DNA of 64,000 bases from Centroscyllium fabricii. Taxonomy: Eukaryota. Of the stretch, positions 26,945 through 38,432 are shown piece after piece. A model generated the notes under the pieces. It made no database searches. It was not told the DNA's origin and worked only from the letters and a program-made list of their open reading frames with translations. Both the position numbers and the translations under genes were made by a program. Numbering within the stretch: the first letter of the stretch is position 1; each line of letters starts with the position of its first letter. The stretch is taken from positions 78,058,001 to 78,122,000 of the forward strand of contig JBNRSN020000021.1 of assembly GCA_051313645.2 (NCBI GenBank), read 5' to 3'.

Positions 26945-27215
26945 CATTGGCTGAGTATAGTAAGACCTGAGTGATCTCCTGGACAAGTTTCGATCACCTA
27001 GATTGGGGTCGGAGAGGAATTTCCCGGATTTTTTTCCCAAATTGGCCTGGGTTTTTATCCGTTTTTTCGCCTCTCCCAGGAGATCACATGGTTTTTCGGG
27101 TGGGATGAAGGGTGATAGTGGGAAGAAGGTTAGGGTAGGATCAGCCATGATCTTATTGAATGGCGGAGCGGGCTCGAGGGGCCGATTGGCCTACTCCTGC
27201 TCCTCTTTCTTATGT
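26945..27215 (+). mobile_element. SINE fragment with HER1-type tail and non-V body
   Basis: Body GATCTCCTGGACAAGTTTCGATC...GGTCGGAGAGGAATTTCCC, then tail GATCAGCCATGATC...CTACTCCTGCTCC. Confidence 0.6.
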
Positions 27216-27229
27216 CAAAGTCACCAGCA

Positions 27230-28102
27230 CCCTCAACTACTTCGCTTCTGACGAGGAGTCTCCACTGCTGTCCCTGTCTCCACCATCTCCTCTTGCTCAC
27301 TTGTGGCTTGTGACACACGACGTGTTAACACTACTGTATCTTGCTTGGGACCCACTGAGGTGTGTGTATCTGCGCTGATGCTGGATGCGCTCATGTCTGG
27401 TGACAGTGCACCCTCAGAGGCTGGAGACTCCTTTAAGGAGTTATCTTCCTCTTCATCCTGGACAGTGCAGGGGGCTCTTGATGGGCCTGTGGGAGAGTAA
27501 AGAGATGATATAGAAATGTCATATCAAGAATGGGTAACAATACTGTTATGCACATGATGAATATTTACTGGCTGCTGACATCAGTCCTCATATGAGTGAC
27601 TGCTGTGTGCCATGTGGCTGTATGAGATGTAATTCTGTCGCCAGGTTGCTGAGATGTCCCCCACTCTTCGTTTCCTACCTCCAGCTGTTTGCAACTCCTG
27701 AAACCTCCAGGGTGGCCTCTTCTGCTGCAGTTAAGGTGGCCAGTGATGGAGGCCCACATCTGGTTCTCTCCCTCTCCCTATTATTGCAGGCTTTCTTCTC
27801 CAGTGATGGGGATGTGATGAGAGGCACAGCAGGATAATGTTGAGCGTGGCTTTGCACTCACCTTTCCTGATCTAATGAGATCATTGAAGCATTTCCGGCA
27901 CTGCACCCAAGTCATCCTGACAAACATCCCTGCTGTTGACCTCCTCTGCAATCTCCAACCAGGCTCATTTGGTCTGCTGGTGAGGTCTCTTCTGCCTATC
28001 CGAAGGGAAGAGAACCTTCCTGCATGGTCTCACCCTCACCACAAGCATATGGAGGGGGTCATCTGAGAACCTGGGTGCACCCCTCTGCTGCTGTGCAGTC
28101 AT
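27230..28102 (-). pseudogene. Intron-containing Myb/SANT-like DNA-binding protein gene of Harbinger type
   Basis: MTAQQQRGAPRFSD...AWLEIAEEVNS. Donor AAG|GTGAGT near 27861. Second segment EKKACNNRERERT, third acidic segment. Contains stops and frameshifts. Confidence 0.6.
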
Positions 28103-29918
28103 GTTTGAAAGTGTTTGGAACACTCCAATGGTGTAGTGTAGTGCCAGCACACTCCTAGATGAACCTTCAAATGCAATGTGGCCATGGCTCCTTTAAATAT
28201 CCTGGCTGTAAATGCATCATCAATGATGTCATCAGACCTGCACCATTTAATCGGGCCGGGTAGCGCATAAGGCTGCCTTAATAGGCACCATTAAGAGAAA
28301 ATTGATATCTGGAGTGGAATGGAATGAGGAATGGGGTCGTGACCTACCGCGACGGCTGCCCACATCTGACCTGCCCAGGTACAGAAAATTCCGGCCGAAG
28401 TGTGACCTTTGATAGGCTGTCCAAGCATGTTTGGAATCCATGAGATTGCCACTAAACTGGAGGTTTATAAGGAGGTTGTCCTTACTGTATCTTACAGAAG
28501 ACAGCTGGCAAAGTTTCACCAAGTAGACCTTTGCACCTTAATTCATATTCGGTGGCAGGACAAGATCACAAACAACAAAATAGTTAAATGTGCTGACGGC
28601 ATCAACATTGAGGCTATGATAATTAATGCTCAGCTCTATTGGGCTGGACATGTTGTTAAGAGGGATGATGTACGATTGCCAAAACAGGTGCTTTATGGAG
28701 AACTGATGGATGGCAGAAGAAAGCAGGATGGACAACAAAGACGCTACAAAGACACACTGAAGATTCACTTGAAACAATGCAACGTGGTCATTGACTTTTG
28801 GGAAACTCTGGCCACCAATAGATGGTAACGGCGTGCTGAAGTGAGAGAAGGAGTAAAGGACTTTGAGTTTCTAGTGGAGGCAAGATGGGTGAGTAGAAAT
28901 ATCAGCAACATCAGAGGGATCAACAGGAGAGCTCCCCCTACCCACCCCACAGGAACATAGCTATGTGAGGCTTGTGGTTGCGATTGTTGCCTGGCAGCCT
29001 GAATAGTCATCAATGTACTCATTTACAATGAACAGTTGCTCCCTTCATTGTCGGTTCCGTCATCCTCGAGTACAAGGGACACAATACTACTGCAAAACAT
29101 GTATTTAATTGACTTCTACCTGAAGTTGCTTTGTTACAATTCTTTCTCACATAAAGAACAACATTTAATAAACAAAGCTTAAGAATCTCAGGTGAATTAT
29201 TGTCCATTCTGTTTGATTCTAGTTCACAAATCATCTATTTTGCTGCTTTGTGATGTATTTGGTCGAAATTGAGATTTAAAAAAAAATCACAATTTGTAAA
29301 TAGACATCTGTTTATAATAATATGAATGATAAAAGTCATTTAGGCTCTTTGAGCCTGCTATTTCCAATGTTTCATGTACTCATGAACTCTCTCCAATTGA
29401 TTTAATTACCTGTTGCAGATAACTAACCATGGATAAAAGTTCCAAGAAAACTTCTCCAATCTTCTACTGCAATCGAATGAAATTCCAGCACATCAGTCTA
29501 ATATAATAGTTTATATCATTCAATCCCAATTGATTATATTCCACAGATGACATTTCCACAGTGTTCCAGAGAGTATTTAAAAGGAAGAAAAATCTTGCAT
29601 TGATATCGCACTTTAAATGTCCTCAGGATATCAAATAGCACTTCGCAGCCATTGACTTCATTTTGAACGTAGTCACTTGTTTTTTGGGCAACGCTGCAAC
29701 CAATTTGGGAACAGCAATGACAGAACAAACGGCAATGAGGTCAGACGAGGGAACTAGATGTAATAATGTAATAACTCCATGTTTGCAGATGACACAAAGC
29801 TGGGGGGGCATGTGTGCTGTGAGGTGGATGCCGAGAAACTCGTGTGATTTGGACAGGTTGGGTGATTGGGCAGATGCAGTATAATGTGGATAAATGCGAG
29901 GTTATCCACTTGGCTGGC

Positions 29919-32900
29919 TGACGTATCGTCAATTTACTCAATAAAGTCAAAGATGAGTAGTGACCTTAACTACAGGCTTTTATTGACTTACTTTGGAGCT
30001 ATACTCCGAACGAACAACAGGTACAGAATGAGTGAGCCCGGTCAGTCCTCACCTATAAAGGGCCTCACCTGGGGGAGGAGTTAGAGGTGTGGCTGACCTG
30101 GTTCCACGACAGTGTCGCAACATCTTTAACTATGTACATAGGTAATATTGGCACCAATATTGAAGTGGTAAACTATACACAATTATGGTTACCACATTCA
30201 CCCCTTCTTGAAAATTTAAGTCCGGCGGGGTGAATGGACAGAGCAGTTCATTATTAATTTGTCCGGCGGTCGCGTCTGTCTGGAGGACCGCCTGGGCTCT
30301 GGCAGAAGTTCCGTATGGTTCGTCCCGCTCGGGTCCGGTGGTGGTGACAGCGGCGCTGGTGCCGAAACTTCAGATGCTGGTGGTAGTGGTTGATCCGAGC
30401 CATCCGAATGGTGGTCTTGGGCTGGCCACGGCTGGGGCTCTGGATACCTTGGTGGCCACTGTAGGTGCAGGGGGTGTTCGAAATATTGTGGCTGGGCGGG
30501 CTGCTGCCCGACCAGTGGCTCTGCTGTGGTGCTCCCGGCGGGCGCTAGGTCCCTGATGGAGACGGTGTCCTCGCGCCCGTCCGGGAACTGCACGTAGGTG
30601 TACTGTGGGTTGGCGTGCAGGAGCTGCACCTTGTCCACCAGGGGGTCGGTCTTGTGGCCGCGGACGTGTTTTCTAAGGAAGACCGGCCCGGGTGTCGTGA
30701 GCCATGGTGGAAGAGCCGTCCCCGAAGTCGACTTCCTGGGAAAGGAAAACATTAAATCATGAGGGGTGGCGTTGGTGGCCGTACATAGCAGAGAGTGTAT
30801 CGAGTGCAGCGCGTCTGGGAGGACTGCCTGCCAATGGGACACTGGAAGGCCCCTGGACTTCAGAGCCAGGGTGACCGCCTTCCAGATGATCCCATTCTCC
30901 CTTTCTACCTGGCCGTTCCCCCGGGGGTTGTAACTGGTCGTTCTGCTCGAGGCAACCCCTTTCTGGAGCAGAAACTGGCGCAGTTCATAGCTCATGAACG
31001 ATGACCCCCGGTCGCTATGAATGTAGCTGGGGAGACCGAAAATGGCGAACAGCGTGGTGAAGTGTTTTATCACCGTTGCGCTCGTCATATCTGGGCAGGG
31101 GAAGGCGAAGGGGAAGCGGGCGAACTCGTCTACGACCGTGAGGAAGTACGAGTTGTGGTCGGTGGAGGGGAGGGGGCCTTTGAAGTCCACGCTTAGACGT
31201 TCAAAGGGGCGGGTGGCCTTGATGAGGTGCGCCGTGTCTGGCCGGAAAAATTGGGGTTTGCACTCGGCGCAAACAGGGCACTCTCTGGTCATAGCCTTGA
31301 TCTCCGTGATGGAGTAGGGGAGGCTACGGGATCTAACGAAGTGGGCGAGTCTGGTGACACCCGGGTGGCAGAGGCAATCGTGGAGGCCCTTCAGCCGGTC
31401 TAGCTGGGCACTGGCGCACGTTCCCCTGGACAGTGCGTCCGGGGGTTCATTGAGTTTGCCTGGTCGGTAAAGAATGTCGTAATCGTAAGTCGAGAGCTCG
31501 ATCCGCCACCGCAGGATCTTATCATTCTTGATTTTACCCTTTTGTTTATTATTAAACATAAACGCCACCGACCGCTGGTCGGTGAGTAGGGTAAAACGCT
31601 TACCGGCCAGGTAATGACGCCAGTAGCGCACGGCCTCCACGATGGCCTGGGCCTCCTTTTCCACTGCGGAGTGGCAAATTTCGGGTCCCTGTAGGGTGCG
31701 GGAGAAAAACGCTACGGGCCTGCCTGCCTGATTCAGGGTGGCGGCAAGGGCAAAGTCCGAAGCGTCACTCTCCACCTGGAAAGGGATGGATTCATCAACG
31801 GCGTGCATGGTCGCCTTGATGAGGTCTTCCTTTATCCGGGCGAATGCCGTTTGGGCTTCTACCGAGAGGGGGAAGGCAGCAGCTTTGAGGAGTGGTCTAG
31901 CCTTGTCCGCGAACTGTGGGACCCATTGTGCATAGTAGGAGAAAAATCCTAGGCATCTCCTCAAGGTTTTGGGGTTGTGAGGAAGGGGCAGTTCCTGTAA
32001 GGGGCGCATACGCTGTGGGTCGGGGCCGAGGACCCCATTCTCCACCACGTATCCGAGGATGGCGAGCCGATCTGTATTAAAGACACATTTGTCCTTGTTA
32101 TACGTAAGATCCAGCCGTTCCGCCGTGTCAAGGAATTTGGCCAGATTGGCATCGTGGTCCTGCTGGTCATGGCCGCAGATAGTCACATTGTCCAGGTAAG
32201 GGAAGGTGGCCCGCAACCCGTTCTGGTCAACCATACGGTCCATCTCCCGTTGGAACACTGACACTCCATTGGTCACGCCGAAGGGGACCCGGAGGAAGTG
32301 GTAGAGCCGACCGTTCGCCTCGAAGGCGGTGTATGGACGGTGAGGGGGGGCAGGGTCCCGCCGAACTCCATTGTCACGCTCTTGAGGTGGCACTGGAAAT
32401 CCAGTCCCAGTAAGACTGGGGCGCACAACTGCTTGAGGGTGTACAACTTAAAGTTACGGTACACACAACCCTTGACTGTGAGCGTGACGGAGCAGTAGCC
32501 GGTGACGTCCGCGGTGTGGGACTGTGAAGCCAGGGAGACTTGGTAGCGTGTGGGCAGGATCTGCAGTCCATAGCGCCGCACTGTATCAGGGTGGATAAAG
32601 CTCTCTGTGCTTCCAGTGTCGAACAGGCAATTGGTAGTATGGCCGTTAACTTTGATCGGCATGATCGAGTTCGATAGGGTGTGCGGCCTCGCCTGGTCGA
32701 CTTTTGGTATGGCTGAGGCCGAAGTGTGTGTTTGTGTGTGGGGGCCCCCTTGCTGGTTGGGGCTGTACACAAGATGGCGGCGCCCGTGGTTCGCACATGG
32801 CGGGCCGCTGGAGACAAGATGGCGGCGCCGAGGGGTCGCACATTGCGGGCCGTTGGAGACAAGATGGCGGCGCCCGTGGTTCGCACGCGGCTGACCGCTG

Positions 32901-34321
32901 TGAGCGCGCTGGCGGCGCCCGTGGTTCGCACGCAAGCGGGCCGCGGTGGCTGGGTTGGCGGTGCCCGTGGTTCGCATGCAGCGAGCCGCGGTGGTTGGGT
33001 TGGTGGTGCCCGTGATTCGCACGCAGCGGGCCATGCTGGGCGTGCTGCCGGCGTTGGGGGGTCGTGCTTGGCCGGCCGTGGCTGAGCTTGGCGTGCCGTG
33101 GGTGCAGCCGGCCTTTGCCGCATCAGGGTGGGAGATGGCGCTTTTCCTCTACCCCCGGACCGTCGCTGGATCGCGCTGCAATTGCAGCTTACCTGATTCC
33201 TGGCGGAGCTTTCACAGGCTGCGCTGTTGTACCTGGAGTTGGGCGCTGGTGCTGATCTGCAGGCCTTTGCATAGTGTCCCTTCTTGGAGCACCTCTCGCA
33301 GGTTGCGGTCTTCGCTGGGCATCTCGCCCGCGGATGTAATCCCTGGCCGCAGAAGTAGCACCGTCTGTCCGCCTGCGTCTTTGCGGCTGCCGCTGCCATC
33401 GTGGGGGTCTCGGCCCTTTGTGGTGCTGCCCAGGCCTGGGCCCGTTGTGGCGTGGCCCACGCGTCGTAGACCTGCGGGTTTGTGCCGCTGTACGCCTGCA
33501 GCTTGTTGTGTGCACCTTCCACTGAGTTCGAGATGGAGATCGCCTCCTCTAGGGTTAAAGAGTCTTTCTCTAGCAGCCGCTGGCGGGCCTCAACGCACCT
33601 TAGGCCTGTTACGTAGGCATCACGGACGAGGAGATCGCCTCCTCCTCTGCTGTCCGTGGTTGGCAGCCACAGACCCGTACCAGGGCCTGGAGTGCCTGCT
33701 CGAATTGTTCATTCGACTCACCCGGCAGTTGTGGTCTGGTCGCGAGCACATGTCTGGCGTAGACCGAGTGGACCGGGCGCTCGTAACATTTTCGCAGTTT
33801 CTCCACTGCCACTGGGTACGTTTTGGCGTCCCGGATGTGGGAGAATACTCGGCTGGAGATCCTAGACCGGAGAACCTGTAGCTTGTTCCCGTCGGTTGTA
33901 GCCTTGGCGGCGTCCATGTAGGCCTCCAGGAGACCGAACCAGTGTTCGAAGGTAGTGGCGGCGGCTGGGTCCTGAGGACTGATGTCCAGCTTCTCTGGTT
34001 TTACCGCACTGCTCTCCATTTCGAATTTTTAAGTCAATAAAATTGACGTATCGTCAATTTACTCAATAAAGTCAAAGACGAGTAGTGACCTTAACTACAG
34101 GCTTTTATTGACTTACTTTGGAGCTACACTCCGAACGAACAACAGGTACAGAATGAGTGAGCCCGGTCAGTCCTCACCTATAAAGGGCCTCACCTGGGGG
34201 AGGAGTTAGAGGTGTGGCTGACCTGGTTCCACGACAGTGTCGCAACATCTTTAACTATGTACATAGGTAATATTGGCACCAATATTGCAGTGGTAAACTA
34301 TACACAATTATGGTTACCACA
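29919..34321 (-). mobile_element. Gypsy LTR retrotransposon B: young, internally deleted
   Basis: 278-bp LTRs 29919-30196 and 34044-34321 with 3 differences seen. 5-bp TSD CTGGC. PPT AAGAAGGGGTGAA. Confidence 0.96.
30216..34019 (-). pseudogene. gag-pol of Gypsy B with frameshifts and loss of the RT N-terminus
   Basis: ATG at 34019. CCHC knuckles, LFDTGS, YLDN, ESDAS, HSDRG. About 430 bp present in Gypsy C are missing at ~32335. Confidence 0.92.
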
Positions 34322-34670
34322 CTGGCAAAAACAGGAAGGCAGATTATTATCTGAATGGCAATAGATTGGGAGAAGGGGAAGTGCAACGAGACCTGGGTGT
34401 CCTTGTGCACCAGTCGCTGAAGATAAGCATGCAGGTGCAGCAGGCGGTTAAGAAGGCAAATGGTATGTTGGCCTTCCTAGCGAGAGGGTTCAAGTACAGG
34501 AAAAAGGATGTCTTGCTGCAGTTGTACAGGGCCTTGGTGAGACCACACCTTGAGTATTATCTGCAGTTTTGGTTGCCTTATCTGAAGAAGGATGTTCTTG
34601 CCATGGAGGGAGTGCAGCAAAGATTCACCTGACTGATACTTGGGATGGCAGGAATGACATATGAGGAGAG

Positions 34671-34955
34671 CCCTGTTCCTGGGACTAGGGACAGGGTCAC
34701 TGGCATGGCTTGGAAGCTAAGCAGAGCCAGGCCTGGTTAGTACTTGGATGGGTGACCACCAGGGAATACCAGGTGCAGAAGGTCACAAAAGGAGCCCCGG
34801 GGAGGAGCAGTTGGCTGAAGATTGTCGGAATGATGGAAAGATGGAATGGCGGCACACACAGACGCAGTGGCTTTGCTAGACTCTTGGGAGCTTGCAAGAT
34901 CACATTTTGTTGTTCATGTACTTAATGACAATAAAAAAGTTGAATTATTATTATT
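34671..34955 (+). mobile_element. 5S-rRNA-derived SINE (SINE3-like) with Rex1-type tail
   Basis: 34712-34783 GGAAGCTAAGCAGAGCCAGGCCTGGTTAGTACTTGGATGGGTGACCACCAGGGAATACCAGGTGC matches the 3' half of 5S rRNA (A box, IE, C box). Tail AATGACAATAAA..TTGAA(TTA)n. Interrupts HER1 at GAGGAGAG|ATTGG. Confidence 0.85.
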
Positions 34956-37228
34956 AGATTGGGTGGATTGGGCTTCTGTTCACTGGAGCTAAGAAGAATG
35001 AGAGGGGATCTCATTGAAACTTATAAAATTCTAACAGGACTAGACAGACTAGATGCAGGAAGGATGCAATGGCGGGCGAGTCCAGAACCAGGGATCACAG
35101 TCTAAAGATAAGGGGTAAGCCATTTAGGACAGAAATGAGGAGGAATTTCTTCACCCAGAGAGTGGTGGACCTGTGGAATTCTCTACCACAGAAGGCAGTT
35201 GAGGCCAATTCATTAAATATATTCAAGAAGGAGTTATATATATTTCTTAAGGCTAAATGGATCAAGGGATATGGGGAGAAGGCAGGGACAGGGTACTGAG
35301 TTTGGATGATCAGCCATGATCTCATTGAATGGCGGAGCAGGCTTGAAGGGCCGAATGGCCTATTCCTGCTCCTATCTTCTTTGTTTCTATGTTTTCTATG
35401 TTTCTTAATCTATTTCGTTGGCATTGGTTAGCGGCTAAATGTTTGTCAAGACACTAGGAAAAATCCCCTTGCCTTTCTTCAGAGTGCCATTGGATCTTTT
35501 ACATCCACCTAAATAGGCAGACGGGACCTCAGTTAGAGGTCCATCAATGGTGATGCAAGGTTAGATAAGGGAGTGATGGCTCATCAAAAGATAGTACCTC
35601 CAACAATGCAGTACTCCTTTGATACCACATTGGCAGCCTATATAATGTGCAGCCTATATAATGTGCTCCAGTTCTACAGTGGTTTTTGAACCTACAACCT
35701 TCTGACTCGAGGTGAGGGTGCTACCATTGAGCCAATCTGGCATTTAATTGTCATTTGCTTATCTATATCAGTGCTAATCCTCAATAACTTTCAAACCTGG
35801 TCTAACAATACATTCATCCAGTGGAGTAATCAACAAAGCATTGGCTGCTTTTGACGGGAGAGGATTTCACGTAGCTACAGCTCAATAGGGTGTAAATATC
35901 TCAAGTCTCATGGTGTTGTTTGGGGTATGTCAATGTCATACTTGTTTGTGTGAGTTGCTTTAGGAAACCTGTTCAGTGTTTGGTGGAAAGCATATTTTCT
36001 CGTTAATTCTAATCTCTGTGCTGTGGAGCAGCTACCAATATGATGAGTCATTTTGTGATGATTAAGATAAAATGTTAGGGGTAACCATACATAATACAAA
36101 ACAACTTAGTGGAGTGAAGTGTTCCAAAATTGGCATTTTTTTGCCACCTAGTAGATATTCTTTTAAAGAACCGTGTCCTTTTTTAAACAAAAATAACTCT
36201 ACTTTTGCATCCCCTTCTCTTCCCCCCTCCTCCAACCAGCTAACTATTTCTCTCTTGCTTTGATGTACCTTGCCCAGCAGAAATGATGTTGTGCTTAAGT
36301 TCTTGGAGGTTGAAGAAGGGTTTTTTGTCAGTGTTTGAGCAGATATTTAGATTTCAGAAAAATAATGCTGCTTTTCAATGTTTTCATCTGACTTTTTGTC
36401 TTAAAAAAGAAGTGCCTCTTCCTTTTGCAGTTAAACCAGTGTGCTAAGAACTTGGTAATAGGACCTGGCAACAGTGTTCACAGTGCAAATCAATTATGTA
36501 TCTATATTTGTATAATTAGCCTCTGCATGGCCCACGTCAGTCCCCACCTGAACACGGCGGGAGGCACGAGCTGACTGGGGGGCGGGGTGGCTAAGGGGGA
36601 GGGGGATGGGTACGGGAGCGGGATTTTGGACAGTAGGAGGCCACAGCCACATGAATGGAATGGTTGCTGCAGTCACTAAATGGTTATGGGTGGTGGGGGG
36701 GTGGGGGGGGAGAGTCAGGAGGGAAAATTTGCCGTGGGAGGGGAGGCTCAGTTTTCTCATGGGGCCCGGAAGAGCACTCCTGCACTTCCTGCCCACAAGG
36801 AATCTAAAACCAAAAAAGTTACATTTACTCCCCTTTTTGGGCCTCTTCTGACCCCACTCCTGTTTGACAGGTTAGCATTGTCGTCAAGCCAGGACAGTTT
36901 CTCCACGCAGACCTCAGATTAAAATTGTAATCCCCAGGTTAAAATTGTAATCGGGGCCCTTGCTTTGTTGAGAAGGCAAATACTCCAATACAACCAGTTT
37001 TTATGGACTGCACTGGGATTTGCAAATTTTATTGAAAACTACTCTGCCTTTGCCATTTGGGAACTTAATTATTTCCTTTCTTTTTCTCAGTAGCAACAGA
37101 CAGCCTCTGCTTTTGTCAAAAAAACTTAACTAAGTCCTTTTTCTCCAAGCAAAAGAGGGGATTTAAACCGAGTCTTATTGACCATCTCGCAACCAACAGA
37201 TCAGATCAAATCTCTGCAGTCCTAACAT

Positions 37229-38432
37229 ATTCAATTCAATTCAATTCAATTCAAGTTTTATTGTCATTGCAGAGTACTAGTACAATACAACGAGACGAAG
37301 ACTCGACGCTACCGAGAGTAGTGCAAATAAATTACATGCAAATTGCATACAGTAAAGTACATTTTCAGGTGTGCAGGTAACGGAGTTTATTTTTAGAGTT
37401 CAGGAGGCTGACAGCCCTGGGGAAGAAGCTGTTCTTAAATCTAGTCGTGCGGGTGCAAATTGATCTGTAGCATCTCCCGGAGGGCAGGGGTTGAACAGAC
37501 TGTGGCTGGGGTGTGTGGGGTCTTTAATAACGTTCAGAGACCTCCATGGGCAGCGTTTGAGGTAGATGCTTTCAATTGATGGTAGCTGGGTGCCGGTGAT
37601 TCGTTGGGCAGTTTTGACTACCCGCTGCAGGGTCTTCCAGTCCGAGATGGTGCAATTTCCATACCAGACTGTGATGCAGCTTGTCAGTATGCTTTTGATT
37701 GTGCAGCGGTAGAAGTTGGAGAGGATGCCGGATGATAGCCTGGCTTTCTTCAGCTTCCTTAGGAAGTACAGGCGCTGTTGGGCCTTCTTAACCAGAGAGG
37801 AGGTGTTTAGTGACCAGGAGAGGTTTTCCAAGATGTGGACCCCGAGGAACTTGAAGCTGGACACCCTTTCCACCTCAGCCCCTTGGATGAAGATGGGGGG
37901 GTGTCTTCTGCTTCCAGTCCTCTGGAAGTCCACAATGATCTCCTTAGTTTTCTTGGTGTTCAGTGCCAGGTTGTTGTCGGCACACCATCCCACAAGGCGC
38001 TGGATCTCATCCCTGTAGGCTGACTCATCGTTTGTTGGTGATCTACCCAACCACCGTGGTGTCAACTGCAAACTTGATGATCGTGTTGGAGCCATGGACA
38101 GCCGCACAGTCGTGAGTGAAGAGGGAGTAGAGGAAGGGGCTCAGCACAGCCTTGTGGGGCCCCTGTGTTCAGGGTAAGTGGGGGGAGGTGAGGTTGCCTA
38201 ACTTCACAGACTGTGGTCTGTTGGTTAGGAAGTCCAGGGTCCAGTTGCAGAGGGAGGTGTTCAGGCCGAGGTTGAGGAGTTTGTTAGACAATTTGCTGGG
38301 GACGATGGTGTTGAATGCTGAGCTGTAGTCAATAAACAGCATTCTGATATACGTATCTTTGCTATCCAGGTGGTTTAGTGCAGAGTGAAGAGCCGTAGTG
38401 ATAGCATCTTCCGTAGATCTGTTCCCACGGCA
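37229..38432 (-). mobile_element. Rex1/Babar LINE, 5'-truncated
   Basis: [48 protein letters not shown]. Tail AATGACAATAAAAC(TTGAA)n. Confidence 0.9.

Larger units (their letters stand above)
26632..28396 (-). mobile_element. Harbinger-derived element carrying a degenerate Myb/SANT-like gene
   Basis: TIR-like ends GGCTGGAATTTTCTG/CAGAAAATTCCGGCC. Internal APRFSDDPLHMLV...VLFPSD and RERERTRCGP segments. Confidence 0.7.
25900..29030 (+). mobile_element. Old RTE-clade LINE, interrupted by a CR1 tail (~26020-26108) and a Harbinger derivative
   Basis: RGTMNMIF, FVDLIKAF, LYADE, FTYLGS, then TKLEVYK...QLYWAGHV...LPKQVLYGEL (ORF 28409-28828). Confidence 0.8.
29775..35405 (+). mobile_element. HER1/CR1 LINE 3' part, interrupted by Gypsy B and a 5S-derived SINE
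   Basis: FADDTKLG at ~29780. Resumes at 34322 (DLGVLVHQSLK, RPHLEY, NFFTQRVV). (TTTCTATG)n tail. Confidence 0.88.
29590..35740 (-). mobile_element. SacSINE1-like SINE split by a HER1 LINE (halves ~29590-29735 and ~35406-35740)
   Basis: Tail half CTTGCATTGATATCGCAC and head half TTTGAACCTACAACCTTCTGACTC match 4576-5040. Confidence 0.6.

Noticed and set aside
34712-34783. 5S rRNA gene
   Set aside because: The 5' half is missing, there is no oligo-T terminator, and it sits in a retroposed insert.
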